A stretch of 38,929 nt of DNA, taken from NCBI GenBank assembly GCA_000826855.1, contig JTLS01000102.1, forward strand, positions 1 to 38,929, read 5' to 3'. Numbering within the stretch: position 1 is the first letter of the stretch; each line of letters opens with the position of its first letter. Below the pieces are notes generated by a model. That model had not been told where the DNA came from. It did not search any database and saw nothing but the letters and a program-made list of their open reading frames with translations. Below, in pieces: positions 8,570-19,095 of the stretch. The DNA is from Basidioascus undulatus (lineage: Eukaryota). A program made the position numbers and the translations under genes.

Positions 8570-11436
8570 CTAGAAGAACGCCACGGCCAGCTCCTCCCGT
8601 TGCATGAGCTCGTGCCAATCCGCAGGCACGCCCGTGCGGTCCGTCTCCGCCCAAACCCTCCGGATGACCTTCAGGTTGCTGGAAAGAGTGGTGAAATTGG
8701 TATCAGCATCTTTGTTCGACTTGCAAAGATGGACGAGAGGGGAAGACGCACTCCTCCCAGACGCGCTCTGGCCCGCAGCCCTGAAGATGCCGGAGCGCAG
8801 CTTCGCGGTCCTCAGAATAGACAGCGATGCTGCCAGCGAGGAAGGCTGGACAGCCGAGGAAGCCCGCCAGCTCGCCCGAGAGGTGCGTCGTCGCTTCGAG
8901 AAGGGAGAGCAGTTGGGACAGCGCGGTGCGGAGGACCGGGTGCAGAGCGCCGACGCGGTGGATGGACTAGAGATGAGCGAGGGCATGTCAGACGCAACAA
9001 CGTCTCGGAGCAGTCGCCAACGAAGTAAAAAAAAAAACACCTGGTAAAGTACGATCAAGCTACAGCATCTCCACATCTCACCAACAGCCGTGCGGGCGAC
9101 TAAGCTCGTCGAGTCCGTGAGCGCGCAGGGCTTGAACTGCGCCGGCTGCCAGCTCCTGATCGAGTGCTCGAGCGCGTTCGCGTGGACGAAGACCGCCGCT
9201 GCGTCTGTGGTCGACAGCGCGGCGCAGAGATTGACGATTTCGGCGAGGATGACGGCGAGCGACTCGGGCAGGCCGAGGTACGCCGCATAGACGTCCTCTT
9301 CGGTGAAGGTGGAAATTGATGAGGTTGATTCGGGAGTCGAGGCTGCGGGGGAGGATGCAACGCTGTTGCCGCTGACGAGGCGGAAGCTGATGGGAAGAAC
9401 GGTAGGCGCGATGGTCGGTCAGCGAGTGCGATGAAGGAGAGGGCGGGCCCACTGAAAGAGGGACACACAGCGTTTTGCGTCCGCGGAGGACGATGCATCG
9501 GCTGACGTCGGCCATGGCAAACATGCGAAGACTGAACGTCTCCTCGCCCCTGAGCGATGTAAGGTCGAGGACGGGCTCTGGGCCGAACGCGTCTCGGACG
9601 ATCTTGTCACCGATCGAGAGCATCCTGTAGGATGGGCCTGCACCACCTTTGACGAACTGTACAGCAAAAAGATGGAGGGTACGTCAGCATAACAGGGCGT
9701 GACGCACGACTGGAACGGAGAAGGATAGGGGTGGAAGACACACCTCGTATAACTACAAGGTTCGCCCGTACGCAAGGGAATGGACGGTAAGCGCTAGCGG
9801 ACGTTGACCAACGAGATTGGGCAGCACGCATACCTGCAGATCAAGCACCCCCCACAAGCTACCAGCGGGAGAAAGTTCAGCAAAGCTCATGAAAATGCAC
9901 GTTTCGTCGGTGAGACTCACTTGTCCGAAAGTGCATGGACCGGATGCGGATGCGGGCTTGTAAGATGCGCCAGTGCCTCGCTCATCCACCTCGCGCTCTC
10001 CTTCTCGCTCTCCACATCCTTGAACGGCGCATCTCCCCTCTGCTTCCTCTTCCCAGCACTCCCCTCCCTCCTGGTCCCGCCTTCCCCGCCATCCTCCTCC
10101 TCTTCCAACCTGTCCTCATCATCCCCGTCCCTACTCGCCGCGTCGTCGTCCTCTCCGTCCTCTCCCGGGTGCGAGCCGCCCGTGAGGATCTCTGCCAGCC
10201 CGCGTCGCCCGCGGCGCGACGGCCTGGGACGGTCGGCGAGCGCGGCCATGTACGCCGCTGCGACGGCGTTGCGAGCTGCGCGCGCCGCAGTGGACTGCTT
10301 GTTGAACGCCTCGAGTGTGAGGCGCACGGCTTTGCGAGCCTCTTGGGGGAGAGCAACCATCCAGCCTAAACGACAGTTAGGATTGGGTTTCGGTCAGCTG
10401 TGATCGCAGTGAGGACCAGCCTCTGACAAGCGTACTCTGAACAATCTTGATGTCTATCGCGCCCGGCTGGTCAGCGTCTGCCAGCAAGAGTGAAAACGTC
10501 GGTCCTTGACTCACAGATCTGCCCCAACCGTGCGCTGTCCGCCGCCTTTTTCCGCTCATCAGCCGTCTGAGCCTGCTTCGTCGCGGGCCCTTGCCCGTGC
10601 GCTGGCGCCGCTGCCGAGCCTCCCTGCTGCGCCTCGCCTGTCCCAGCCCACAGCCCCGCGCTGGAAGAGGGTAGGAAAGAGGGAGGGAAGAAGTCTGCGC
10701 CGCCTGCGCCGGAAGTCCGAGGCAAGATCTGGCTCAGGTCGATGTCCATCCCGCCGATGCTGAAGAGGTCGGTGAACGGATCGGGTGTGGGGAAAGCGGC
10801 CGCCGCCGTGAGGGAGTTGAGGAGCGTGTTGGGGGAGAGCGCGAGCTGCTCGTGTTGCGGAAGCGGGGCGGACGACTCGTAAGGAAGCCCCGCCAAGCGC
10901 GCCGGGGCTGGGTAGGCGTGATGATGGTGATCGAGGGTGTGTGCGGATGTCGAGGCGACTGGACGGGAAGAGGCGCGCTCGATGGCAGCGGGAGGGGGAG
11001 TCGGGGACCGCGATGCCGATGATGAGGGGGCTGGTGTGGACGGTGCTGCCGTCTGCTCTCGGGCGCAGGCGGCGACGGTCTTGCGTGGCTGGCGGATGTA
11101 GGGGATCGTCGAGTTGCAGGGGATGCACTCGAACCCGCCGGCTTTACAGCGCTTGCAATGACCGGCTTCGTCCCATTCCTGATCGACTCGGGCATGAGCC
11201 AAGGCGGTTGAGGAAGAGAAGGCATTAACCGCGCACCTCGTCGCACTTCTTGCTCCGCCTGCACAAGTAAACCGGCATGAACTGAATTCTACACAGAGGA
11301 ACTAAAATATGGACGTACGCTTTACATGTGCGGCCTGCGTGGGCGACCGTAGCTCTCCGTCAGCTCCTCCCCTTGCCGAGCGCAACCGTAGAAGCAACGC
11401 ACAGCCAGTCTTGCTCCTCCTCTGTGAAGGCGGCAT
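8570..11436 (-). CDS. Zn(II)2Cys6 fungal transcription factor with C-terminal fungal-specific TF domain (Fungal_trans_2-like), ~12 exons
   Basis: Spliced N-terminus MPPSQRRSKTG-CRTCKARSKKCDEEWDEAGHCKRCKAGGFEC (C-x2-C-x6-C-x8-C-x2-C-x6-C). Later motifs FAMADVSRCIV, YLGLPESLAVILAEIVNL, GEMWRCCSLIVLYQ, CPAFLAGSIA, IRRVWAETDRTGVPADWHELM...AFF*. Reading frame is continuous across canonical GT-AG introns. Confidence 0.92.
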
Positions 11437-12240
11437 TTCTAGTCCAACGAGATGCGATGTATTCTCAGTCTTTGGTCAATCGAGAAGACGCTTGTTGTTG
11501 AGCGAAGGAGGTCGAGGGAGAGTGGTGGCGGAAGTCAAGGAGAGGGAGTCCAAGTCAGTGCCTGTCAGTGCGCGTGCTCGAACCCTAGATATAGATAACA
11601 ACCCAAGCCGACGTTTAGAGGTAGCGTGGTTTTGGCAGCGTTCCTGGCCATTTTCGGTGCATTTCGGCAAAATTTTGAACCACTTCAGGCCAGCCCTTTC
11701 ACTATTCTCGATGGCACCTGGCACCATGTCGTGGCCGACTTGGAAATGTCACCGGAGAGCACGCTCGGCCGTGATCAATAACCCGAGCCATTCCCGGCGG
11801 TGAGCGGTCCTTCTCAAGACCCATGCTCTCCATCCACCTGGCCACGTTGCGAGGGGCCAGCGCTGATTTTAGGTCATAGTCGACAGATCCCTTCAGCATC
11901 AAATCATTAGCGCATCAATACAGAACGATACTAGGGTGCATAGCGAAGGGCGTGCAAGAGCGAAAGAGGTCACGGAGGCGACCGGTGCGTGCATAACATG
12001 CAAGCCAAAACAAGGCAAAGAAGAGGTGCGCCAGAACAGGAGACGTGCGGGTGAGCGGGTTCCAAGATGAGATCAAAACCGCGGGGGGAGAAATCGTCTA
12101 GGTGTGGTAGTAGTGTGGTGAGGTAGGAAAGAAGAACGGTGCGAAACCGGCTTCAAGCGCTGTGATCGAAGCGAAGCGTGACGGGGTATAGGTAAAGCGA
12201 GGACAAGGATGCGGCCGTGAGGCGCAAGAAAGCGACTGCC

Positions 12241-14625
12241 TCACGGCGCAACGGCGTTGTGTTCCTCCTCGAGCGCCTTCTTGCCCGCCTCGGTGAGCAC
12301 CGGTCGGCCATCGGGCGTCTCGAGCTCGAAGAAGCGAGATTGGAACCTAGAGCGCCGAACAATCAACACCACGTCATCAGCAAAACGGCTGGACAAATTG
12401 CCAGTGCGATAGACGAACTCCTCGCCAGTCTTCTTGCGCTCAGCAGCCTTGTCACGTTGGCGCTGCTCAATCGTCTGCTTCTCCTTTGTCGCCGTGCCGT
12501 AATCCTTCTTGAGGAGCGCAGACGTGACGGGTCCCTGAATGCGCAGCGCTGTTCAGCAATTCCGCTGCAGCCGTGGCGAGCAGAACGCTCGACGCACCCA
12601 GATCCGGCGGGACTCGAGCGGGTCTTGCGAGTCGAGCGGGCGGACGCGCTTCGGTGTCCTGCATGCGACCACAGCAGTCAGTCGACCATACAGCTCGCCA
12701 GCAAGAGACCAACGCCAAATTCACAAGTCCAGCACGTCCAGATCAAGAAGCGTGCGCGCCTCCTGCAGGCCCCAGCCCATTCAGCGACCGCTTCTTCCAA
12801 GGGTTCCATCAAACCGAGGACGGGAGGAGAACACGACGCACCTTTTCCGTCGCCAGCTTGTAATTGACCTTCTTCCTCCAGCTCCCATCGAGCGTAACGA
12901 CGACCGCGTCCTTCGGGACCTGCTTGACCTTCGTCCAGCTCTCCTCCTCACTGCCAGCCTTGCACCGGTACACCACGCCCTCAATCGCGAAGCGTGCACG
13001 GCCGAGCCACCTGTCACAACACACACTTGCATTAGGCGGGAGTTGTGAGAAGGCGGGGGGAGGAGCGGAAATGGACGCACGACTCCTCCTTGTACTCGAT
13101 GATCGCCCGCAGAGGAGGTTGCTCGGCGCCCTCGCCGCGGATAGTGATGCACGTCTGTGACGAGTAGCTACATCAACAAGACTGCTACGATGATGCTGTC
13201 GCTGCCGAAAGAGACAGGAATGGATAAGAGAACATACGCTATCGCTGATCGACGCGTAGATGCTCCCGCGCAGCAAACCCGACACGGCCGCGATAGGATG
13301 ACTGATCTGGTACTCCTCTTTTCGTTGAGGAAGGTTGACGAAGATTCCGTTGTTGCGCTCCCCCGGGAAGACGCGGATGCCTGTCAAGTTCAAGTCAGAG
13401 GGCGTCGTTCTGTCCTTTGTACTGGAACGCAGGAGAGGTGGACGTGCTCGTCCCGGACACCCGCGCCCCGACTTGATCCACTCCATATGCCTCGACGCCT
13501 GCGTCAGGCGCGGAGTACCAGAATGCCGACACAGGCGGGTGGTGCGAGATCTGCTCCGTCTGTACACCACACTCGTCCGCCCTCACCGTCAGCACCCCGC
13601 CGTTCCCCAGATCGTTCCACTGCGTTGTATCTCTAACGGACGCACCAGGAAGACAATCTTATTCGAACCTGGCTCGATCTCCTCGTTCTCGTCCGCGTCC
13701 GCCCCCGTGCCAGCGAGGTCGACCTGGCTGGTGCTCGCAGCGGCCTTGGAGCTCTTGACGCTCTTGCCGCTCTTGCCGCTCTTGCCGCTCTTGACGCTAG
13801 CGGGGCGCGAGCTCGCGGTGCTGCTCAGCGCCCCGCTCCCCTCGACGAGGTGCGTCTCAGGCGCGTACTCGCCCTTGTCGTTGCGCGGTGCGGGCGCGGC
13901 GACCCACGAGCACCGGAAGTGCTCGCCGAGGACGGAATTATAGGGCTTCACGATGCCGCCGCGCTAAAGTAGACGGGACGGGGAAGTTAGGACAAGTTTT
14001 TCGGAAAATGAATAAGGATAACGGAAGGAGGAACGCACGATGAAGCGTAGATCCTTGGCGAATGTGAAGCGGATGACGGCGAGCATGCGCTCGATGGGAT
14101 CGTCATGGGAGTTGATTCTGTCCATCCCACTTCATGTCAGAAGCGATCCTCATAATACATCCACCTTCCTTATCCCGACTTCAGACAAGAGCAGACGTAC
14201 TCGACAAAGGTGTCAGCGCGACCTGAACAAAGACGGCAGGGGCAACAGTTGTAAGTGCCCCGCGCCAGCTACCCAGCTCCTCAGGAGGTCCCACCCGCTC
14301 ACCGATATAGTTCCAGTACTCCAAGTTGGGCGCCGGGTACATCAAGCTTGCCGGCAGCGAGAGGCGGCTGTGAGGGGCGTGGGGCGCAGCCAGCCGCGTC
14401 AGTCTCCGCAGTGTCCGGCCCGGGGACTGATGAGCTGGCTCGCACGCACATATTTGCGATGTCCTTGACCGACATGCAGCGCTTGAGGAGGTTCATGATG
14501 GTCCGCAGCTTGCCCTCTTCGCCAGCCTCGCTCACGACCGCCGTCTCGCCGACCTGGGTCGTCGGGTCGTCATCCGAGGGCGGCGGGCCCGCGGCGGTGT
14601 CGGTGTCCTCGATGGCGGGCGGCAT
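12241..14625 (-). CDS. Oxysterol-binding protein (short, ORD-only OSBP/Osh family lipid-transfer protein)
   Basis: ATG at 14625. Motifs RLSLPASLMYPAPNLEYWNY, ERMLAVIRFTFAKDL, KPYNSVLGEHFRC, the OSBP signature EQISHHPPVSAF, GSWRKKV, ESRRIW, ATKEKQTIEQRQRD and FQSRFF. Stop TGA at 12243-12241. Confidence 0.95.
13751..13795. repeat. 9-bp tandem repeat (GCTCTTG[A/C]C) x5 inside the OSBP CDS, encoding VKS-GKS-GKS-GKS-VKS
   Basis: Directly visible: gctcttgac gctcttgcc gctcttgcc gctcttgcc gctcttgac. Confidence 0.9.
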
Positions 14626-15736
14626 CTCTAGGCGGGTCTAGGGGTCGACTATGGAGAAAAAATAAAAAAAGGCGGATAGACTGCTTGCAATGCGGGTCAG
14701 AATGCAGATGCTGGCGATATGGTCGAGAGCAGGAGCCAAGCCCAAGAGCATGCTCCACGATAGAGAGCGCGGCACGACGGCATAGGAGGCTTGCTTACGT
14801 AAACGCAATAATACCAAAGACCAGCACGTTCAGCTCACGGTCCTCCCTCCCTTTCCTCCTGTTCTTGTTCGGGACCAATGCTTTGATAGAACCGGGTGGG
14901 TGAGTCAGAGAATGAGAATCCAGGCAATATTAAAGGCCAACGAAATTCGTAAGAGTTGGGAAGTGACACCGGCGTTTGAGGCAGCGGTGACTTGGCGGGC
15001 TACTTGGTGTCGAGCATCGAGCGTGCGGGCGAGGGGTTAGTTTGGAAAGTGGGCATGCCAGGAGCGGAAGGATCGGTAGGCGTTAAGCCTGAGACCGCGG
15101 CCGTGGAGGACCGCTTGGCCAGTGGAAGATAAGATCGATAAGAGGATGAGAAGACGTTGTGGTGTGGCTGGTTGTTGGCAGAGACATGGGTTCCTGATTG
15201 GGAGAGTTTCTCTATGGTCTACTGGAGTGCGAGAAAAAGTGAAGACCGCTGCAAGCCGCGTTGCAGTCAATGCGAACGACACTGAAAACACCTGTACCTC
15301 TGCCGTTATTTTGCTGGACGTTATGAACGCCCCGCAAAGTGACGTCGAGCGAGGGTACGAAGACTTCCTCCCTCGTTCCTGTGAGTCTTGCTCCTACGGA
15401 TTCGGCCTTACTGACGGTGGAGGGGTAACGACGTTGTTGCAGAGGGCAACCCGCCCGCGCCGCGGTCGATCGCTTGGCGATTCAAAGACGCCGGTACGTC
15501 TTCGATATACCATTCTCGGAGCTACGGAGGGTTAAGTTGAATCAACCGAATCTGCTCCGTTCGCAGCAAGGAGACGCCTCACATCTACAACAAAGTCTCA
15601 CGGGATGTCCGTCGTTACTTCGTGGGCATGGTGTCGTCAGTCATCGTGAATGTTGAGCGGTTCAAGGACGTCAGTACGTATTTGACACACTGGTCCCCTA
15701 TTCGAGTCACTCGGACGTAATCGCGACCTTTCCTAT

Positions 15737-16880
15737 TTGCAGTCGACGAACGTCTCATGCATTTGCACCGATGTCGGCCTGCACTTGCTTGACATGGTCT
15801 CGCGAGGGGTTGCGATTGTTCACGGGTTCAAGAACTCCAGTGAGTACTTGATGAATAATCCTTGCTCTTTGGGTCGCAAGCGAGAGGTAATTGGGCGCTG
15901 TTTCTTCGCAGTCGCGGCAATGTGTATCCGCATCTACACCGACGCCTTGCTCATCTGCGCCCACGTCCTACGGAGGCTCGACCTACACTTGTTCTACCTA
16001 TGTTTGTTACATTCAAGTATCGTTTAACAGGTTCATCCGTGCTAGTATCTCCTTGACATAGAAGTGGGCTACTCCGGGACACACGCAAAACTAATCGTGT
16101 CCGTCCCATTCACCTTCGAGCTAGTCGAGAGCAAGTGGGCCCTCGCCTACAACGCCGTCTCGCAGGCCACACCGTTACTCCAGCTACGTAAGTGCTGGTT
16201 ATTATGGGCGTAACTACCCTGTCCTACTTTTTCCATCTTATCCTGCACCTCGCGGGGAGCGCGATGGATGCGAGGGTCGCGTGCATCCTCATCGGCATCC
16301 TTGGCGCTTGCGAGGCGTATCTCCTTATCTGGGCTCCCGAAATGGAGAAGGCCTCCAAGTTCTTCGTAGTTATTTTTGTGAGTCTTGTGAGCCTTTTATC
16401 TCGTGTATAACGAGTGCCCGACTTGACGGTGCCCACTGTCGGCGTCCGCTTCCAGGGCGTTGCCTACAAGCTTGCCCCCTTGCTTGGGTACTTCCCTGTA
16501 GGCCACGTCCTTGCCGACTGGGGCTTAACATTTCTTCTTCTCTATGGACAGAGTTCTCCATTCAAACTCAAGCTGGGGGAAGTAGACTTCGAGCATGACG
16601 ACCTCTGTTGCGAATATGCTCGCCTAGGAGGTATGGGCGCTCATGAGGACGCTCCACAGTGTGGCGCAGACATGCGGTACTGATTGATGATTTTCTCAAA
16701 TCACGGATCGCGCCGGCGCTGCACCTACAGTCCACGTTCGTCATGTCCTTCCACAATTCTCTTCGTTGCATTGCTAGAAATTACCCTGCTCTTCTTGCGG
16801 ATCGGGACGGATGCACTCTTTACAACTGTTTTCATGCCCCGGAGTTTTTCGGTTTTCATGACCTCCTTCTCTTCATAGGA
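15737..16880 (+). pseudogene. Degenerate multi-pass integral membrane protein gene
   Basis: Successive hydrophobic segments (CFFAVAAMCIRIYTDALLI; VLVIMGVTTLSYFFHLIL; VACILIGILGACEAYLLIW; FFVVIF|GVAYKLAPLL; ILFVALLEITLLFLRIG) are broken by in-frame stops (e.g. TAA ~16189). A phase-0 GTGAGT...TTCCAG intron lies at ~16378-16455. Confidence 0.4.
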
Positions 16881-16992
16881 CTTTGGGAACTCTCATTACG
16901 GCTGAGATATGTGTTTGCATTGGCTATTCGATCTTGTTTTCCGTTTCTGCGACTTCCTGCAGAGGAAAGTGCGAACCGCGGCGAATCTAACA

Positions 16993-17828
16993 CTATGCCC
17001 GATGTCCCTGTTTTGTGAGATGAGTCAGCCAGTGGCAAGAAACTGTTCGACGGTGAAGGCTGCCTACCTGTGCAATGAGCTTCCACGTCGACGGAAGCTT
17101 CCAGTGTTCCTGGACAGCGGGTTCGAGTGCCGAGTTGAAGTGCTGTGGATTGATAATGAGTTTCGTGCACTGAGAGACGAATGAGAACAGGCGCACCTGC
17201 AGGATCGCACCGAAGCCCTCGAGCTCCAGTGCAGTCCAGACATATATATGAATGGAACAGTTCCTGGGTCAGTGCTGCTCTAGCCGACATAAAATTGAAC
17301 AATAAAATCACCGTACCTGTAGCATTGCCGAAGCCTGAACAGCCAGGCGGGGTAGCACCCCCCTCAAAAACGGCATCTCCTCCAAGGCCGCCTCGATCGC
17401 AGCGTCGTCCTCAAAGAACAGCACCGTCCCATAGCCGCTCGCGGCCCGTCCAGCCTGTCTCCAAGGAGAATTCCCGTCTCGGCCGCCTTGCCGAAACCCT
17501 TCCGCGCGAGGTCCCACAGTGCAGCGTTGTCCTCATTGAGAAGGAGCACGACGCGGCTGGTCTGGCTGTTGTCTGCCGTCGGTGAGTGGAGGATCGCTTG
17601 GGTGAGGATGTCGGAGATGCCTGCGTCTGGGATGGGGGAGTTGGCGGGTGAAAACTTGTAGTATGAGCGACGCTGTGCGAGCGCCGTGAGGTAGGAAGCG
17701 GAGGGGCTGGAAGTGTTGAGGGAGACGGGTGCGGGGTGGATGGCGGACAGCGGCCTATAGAGGAGCGAGAGGCAAGCGAGGCGTGTTGAGGAGAGCTGTG
17801 TGAATATAGGGCGCAGGGCGTTAGACAT
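16993..17828 (-). pseudogene. Frm2/Hbn1-like nitroreductase pseudogene
   Basis: Motifs LAQRRSYYKF, HSPTADNSQTSRVVLL, GYGTVLFFEDD, SAMLQ|IYVWTALELEGFGAILQ|HFNSALEPAVQEHWKLPSTWKLIAQ. 1-nt frameshift at ~17437, acceptor reads CAT instead of CAG at 17250-17248, and the expected terminal xFG-P exon is absent. Confidence 0.82.
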
Positions 17829-19095
17829 TATGCTCGAGACTTCGGGATCGAAGGGGAAGACGAGAGGAAGCAGCAGGCCGATGAGGAAACAGGGACTGCA
17901 CAGTCTGGGCATGGTGGTCGGGTGCCGGGCTTTATCTTGAGAGTACCGGGCGATGGCGTGAAGACTATAAGTTTGAGCAGTTGTTAATTACGGAGAAGAC
18001 CATCGTAAAGGCGAGAGGTCTCGAAACGTTCACATGGCGATAAGAAGGAAGTGCTAGAAGATGAGGGAAGACGGCGTACCTTTCTTCGGCCGATGTGGTC
18101 AAGGAAAACTTTCACCCCTTCTTCTGCCTCTGACTGACCAAAAGCGTTTCTTCAAGAACATACACGGACCAGGCAGCTTCGCTTCGGGTCGCAAGTGCAA
18201 GTCGGCACGTCGCAGTCTTCGCGCTGCGGCGTCCGAACTCAAGACAACTCAGAAGCTTGGACGTTGACGCTCGAAAGACTCAAGGAAAATCTTAGCCTTT
18301 TGGAATTTCACAAATAAATGATTGCACTTTGACAAAATTGGAACACAAGGTGGCTGAGTGGTTCTCTGTCATCGGATGGTTGTTTTTGTTTGGGGACACT
18401 CGGAAATACGACTACGCAATGGTGTGGCCTGTTTGGTGCAGCCGTCAGTGAATTAGGATCTCATTTAAAGGGTCAATCCATAACAGAAGTGCATTTGAGG
18501 TACAGAGGCAAGCAAAATGAAGGGCCAATGAATGTTTGTTCGGCAGCCAAGGAACTGTTGCGGCCGCCCCGCCGTGAGGCGGTGCCGTGCCTGGACGATG
18601 CCGGCTCAATCGTTATTGATCTTCCTCGCCGTCCACCATCTAACCTTCATTGCGTGCGCTCACGAATACTTTCGTTCGATCGCGACGCAGCGTTGGCGCC
18701 CTACTTCGGTCTTTCTTCACTGCTCGAGAGTCGCGCAGTATCGGAGTCACTATCGGCCGTTGAGCGGGGCGAAGCATTCTTGTGGTTCTTCAGGTCGAAG
18801 CGGATCTTGGGGCGCTTGGTGAGTGCTGGTACTGCGTGGACCTGGTCGGGGATGGTTTACGCGGAATACTATCTAGGGTCAGAGTGGAACTTTGAAGCTG
18901 CTGGAAGCTGTCTCGACTTGGGGAAGGCCGAGCCAGGCGGCGTACCGACCGAGATTCCCTGGCGGGCAAGCAGGCGGAGCAGCCGCATGGATGGATGGAT
19001 GGGCGCAACCACGATCAGCATGAACAGCGACTTTGACTGACACAAGCGTCTGGGACAGACGTCTGCGTGCAGCTCCTCGGTCCAGTGCAATCGTC

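Noticed and set aside
8207..9047. Plus-strand ORFs of 273 and 147 aa
   Set aside because: Antisense shadows of the last exons of the Zn2Cys6 TF.
16909..17184. Fourth same-frame plus-strand ORF, suggesting stop-codon readthrough or editing across 16192-17184
   Set aside because: It is antisense to nitroreductase exons, and at least one intervening stop falls inside a predicted intron. The stops are mixed TAA/TGA/TAG with no consistent recoding context.
18390..19040. 216-aa plus-strand ORF upstream of the arrestin-like gene
   Set aside because: No recognisable motifs. It spans a GTGAGT (~18818)...GACTGAC...GTGCAG (~19072) segment best read as a 5' UTR intron of the downstream gene.
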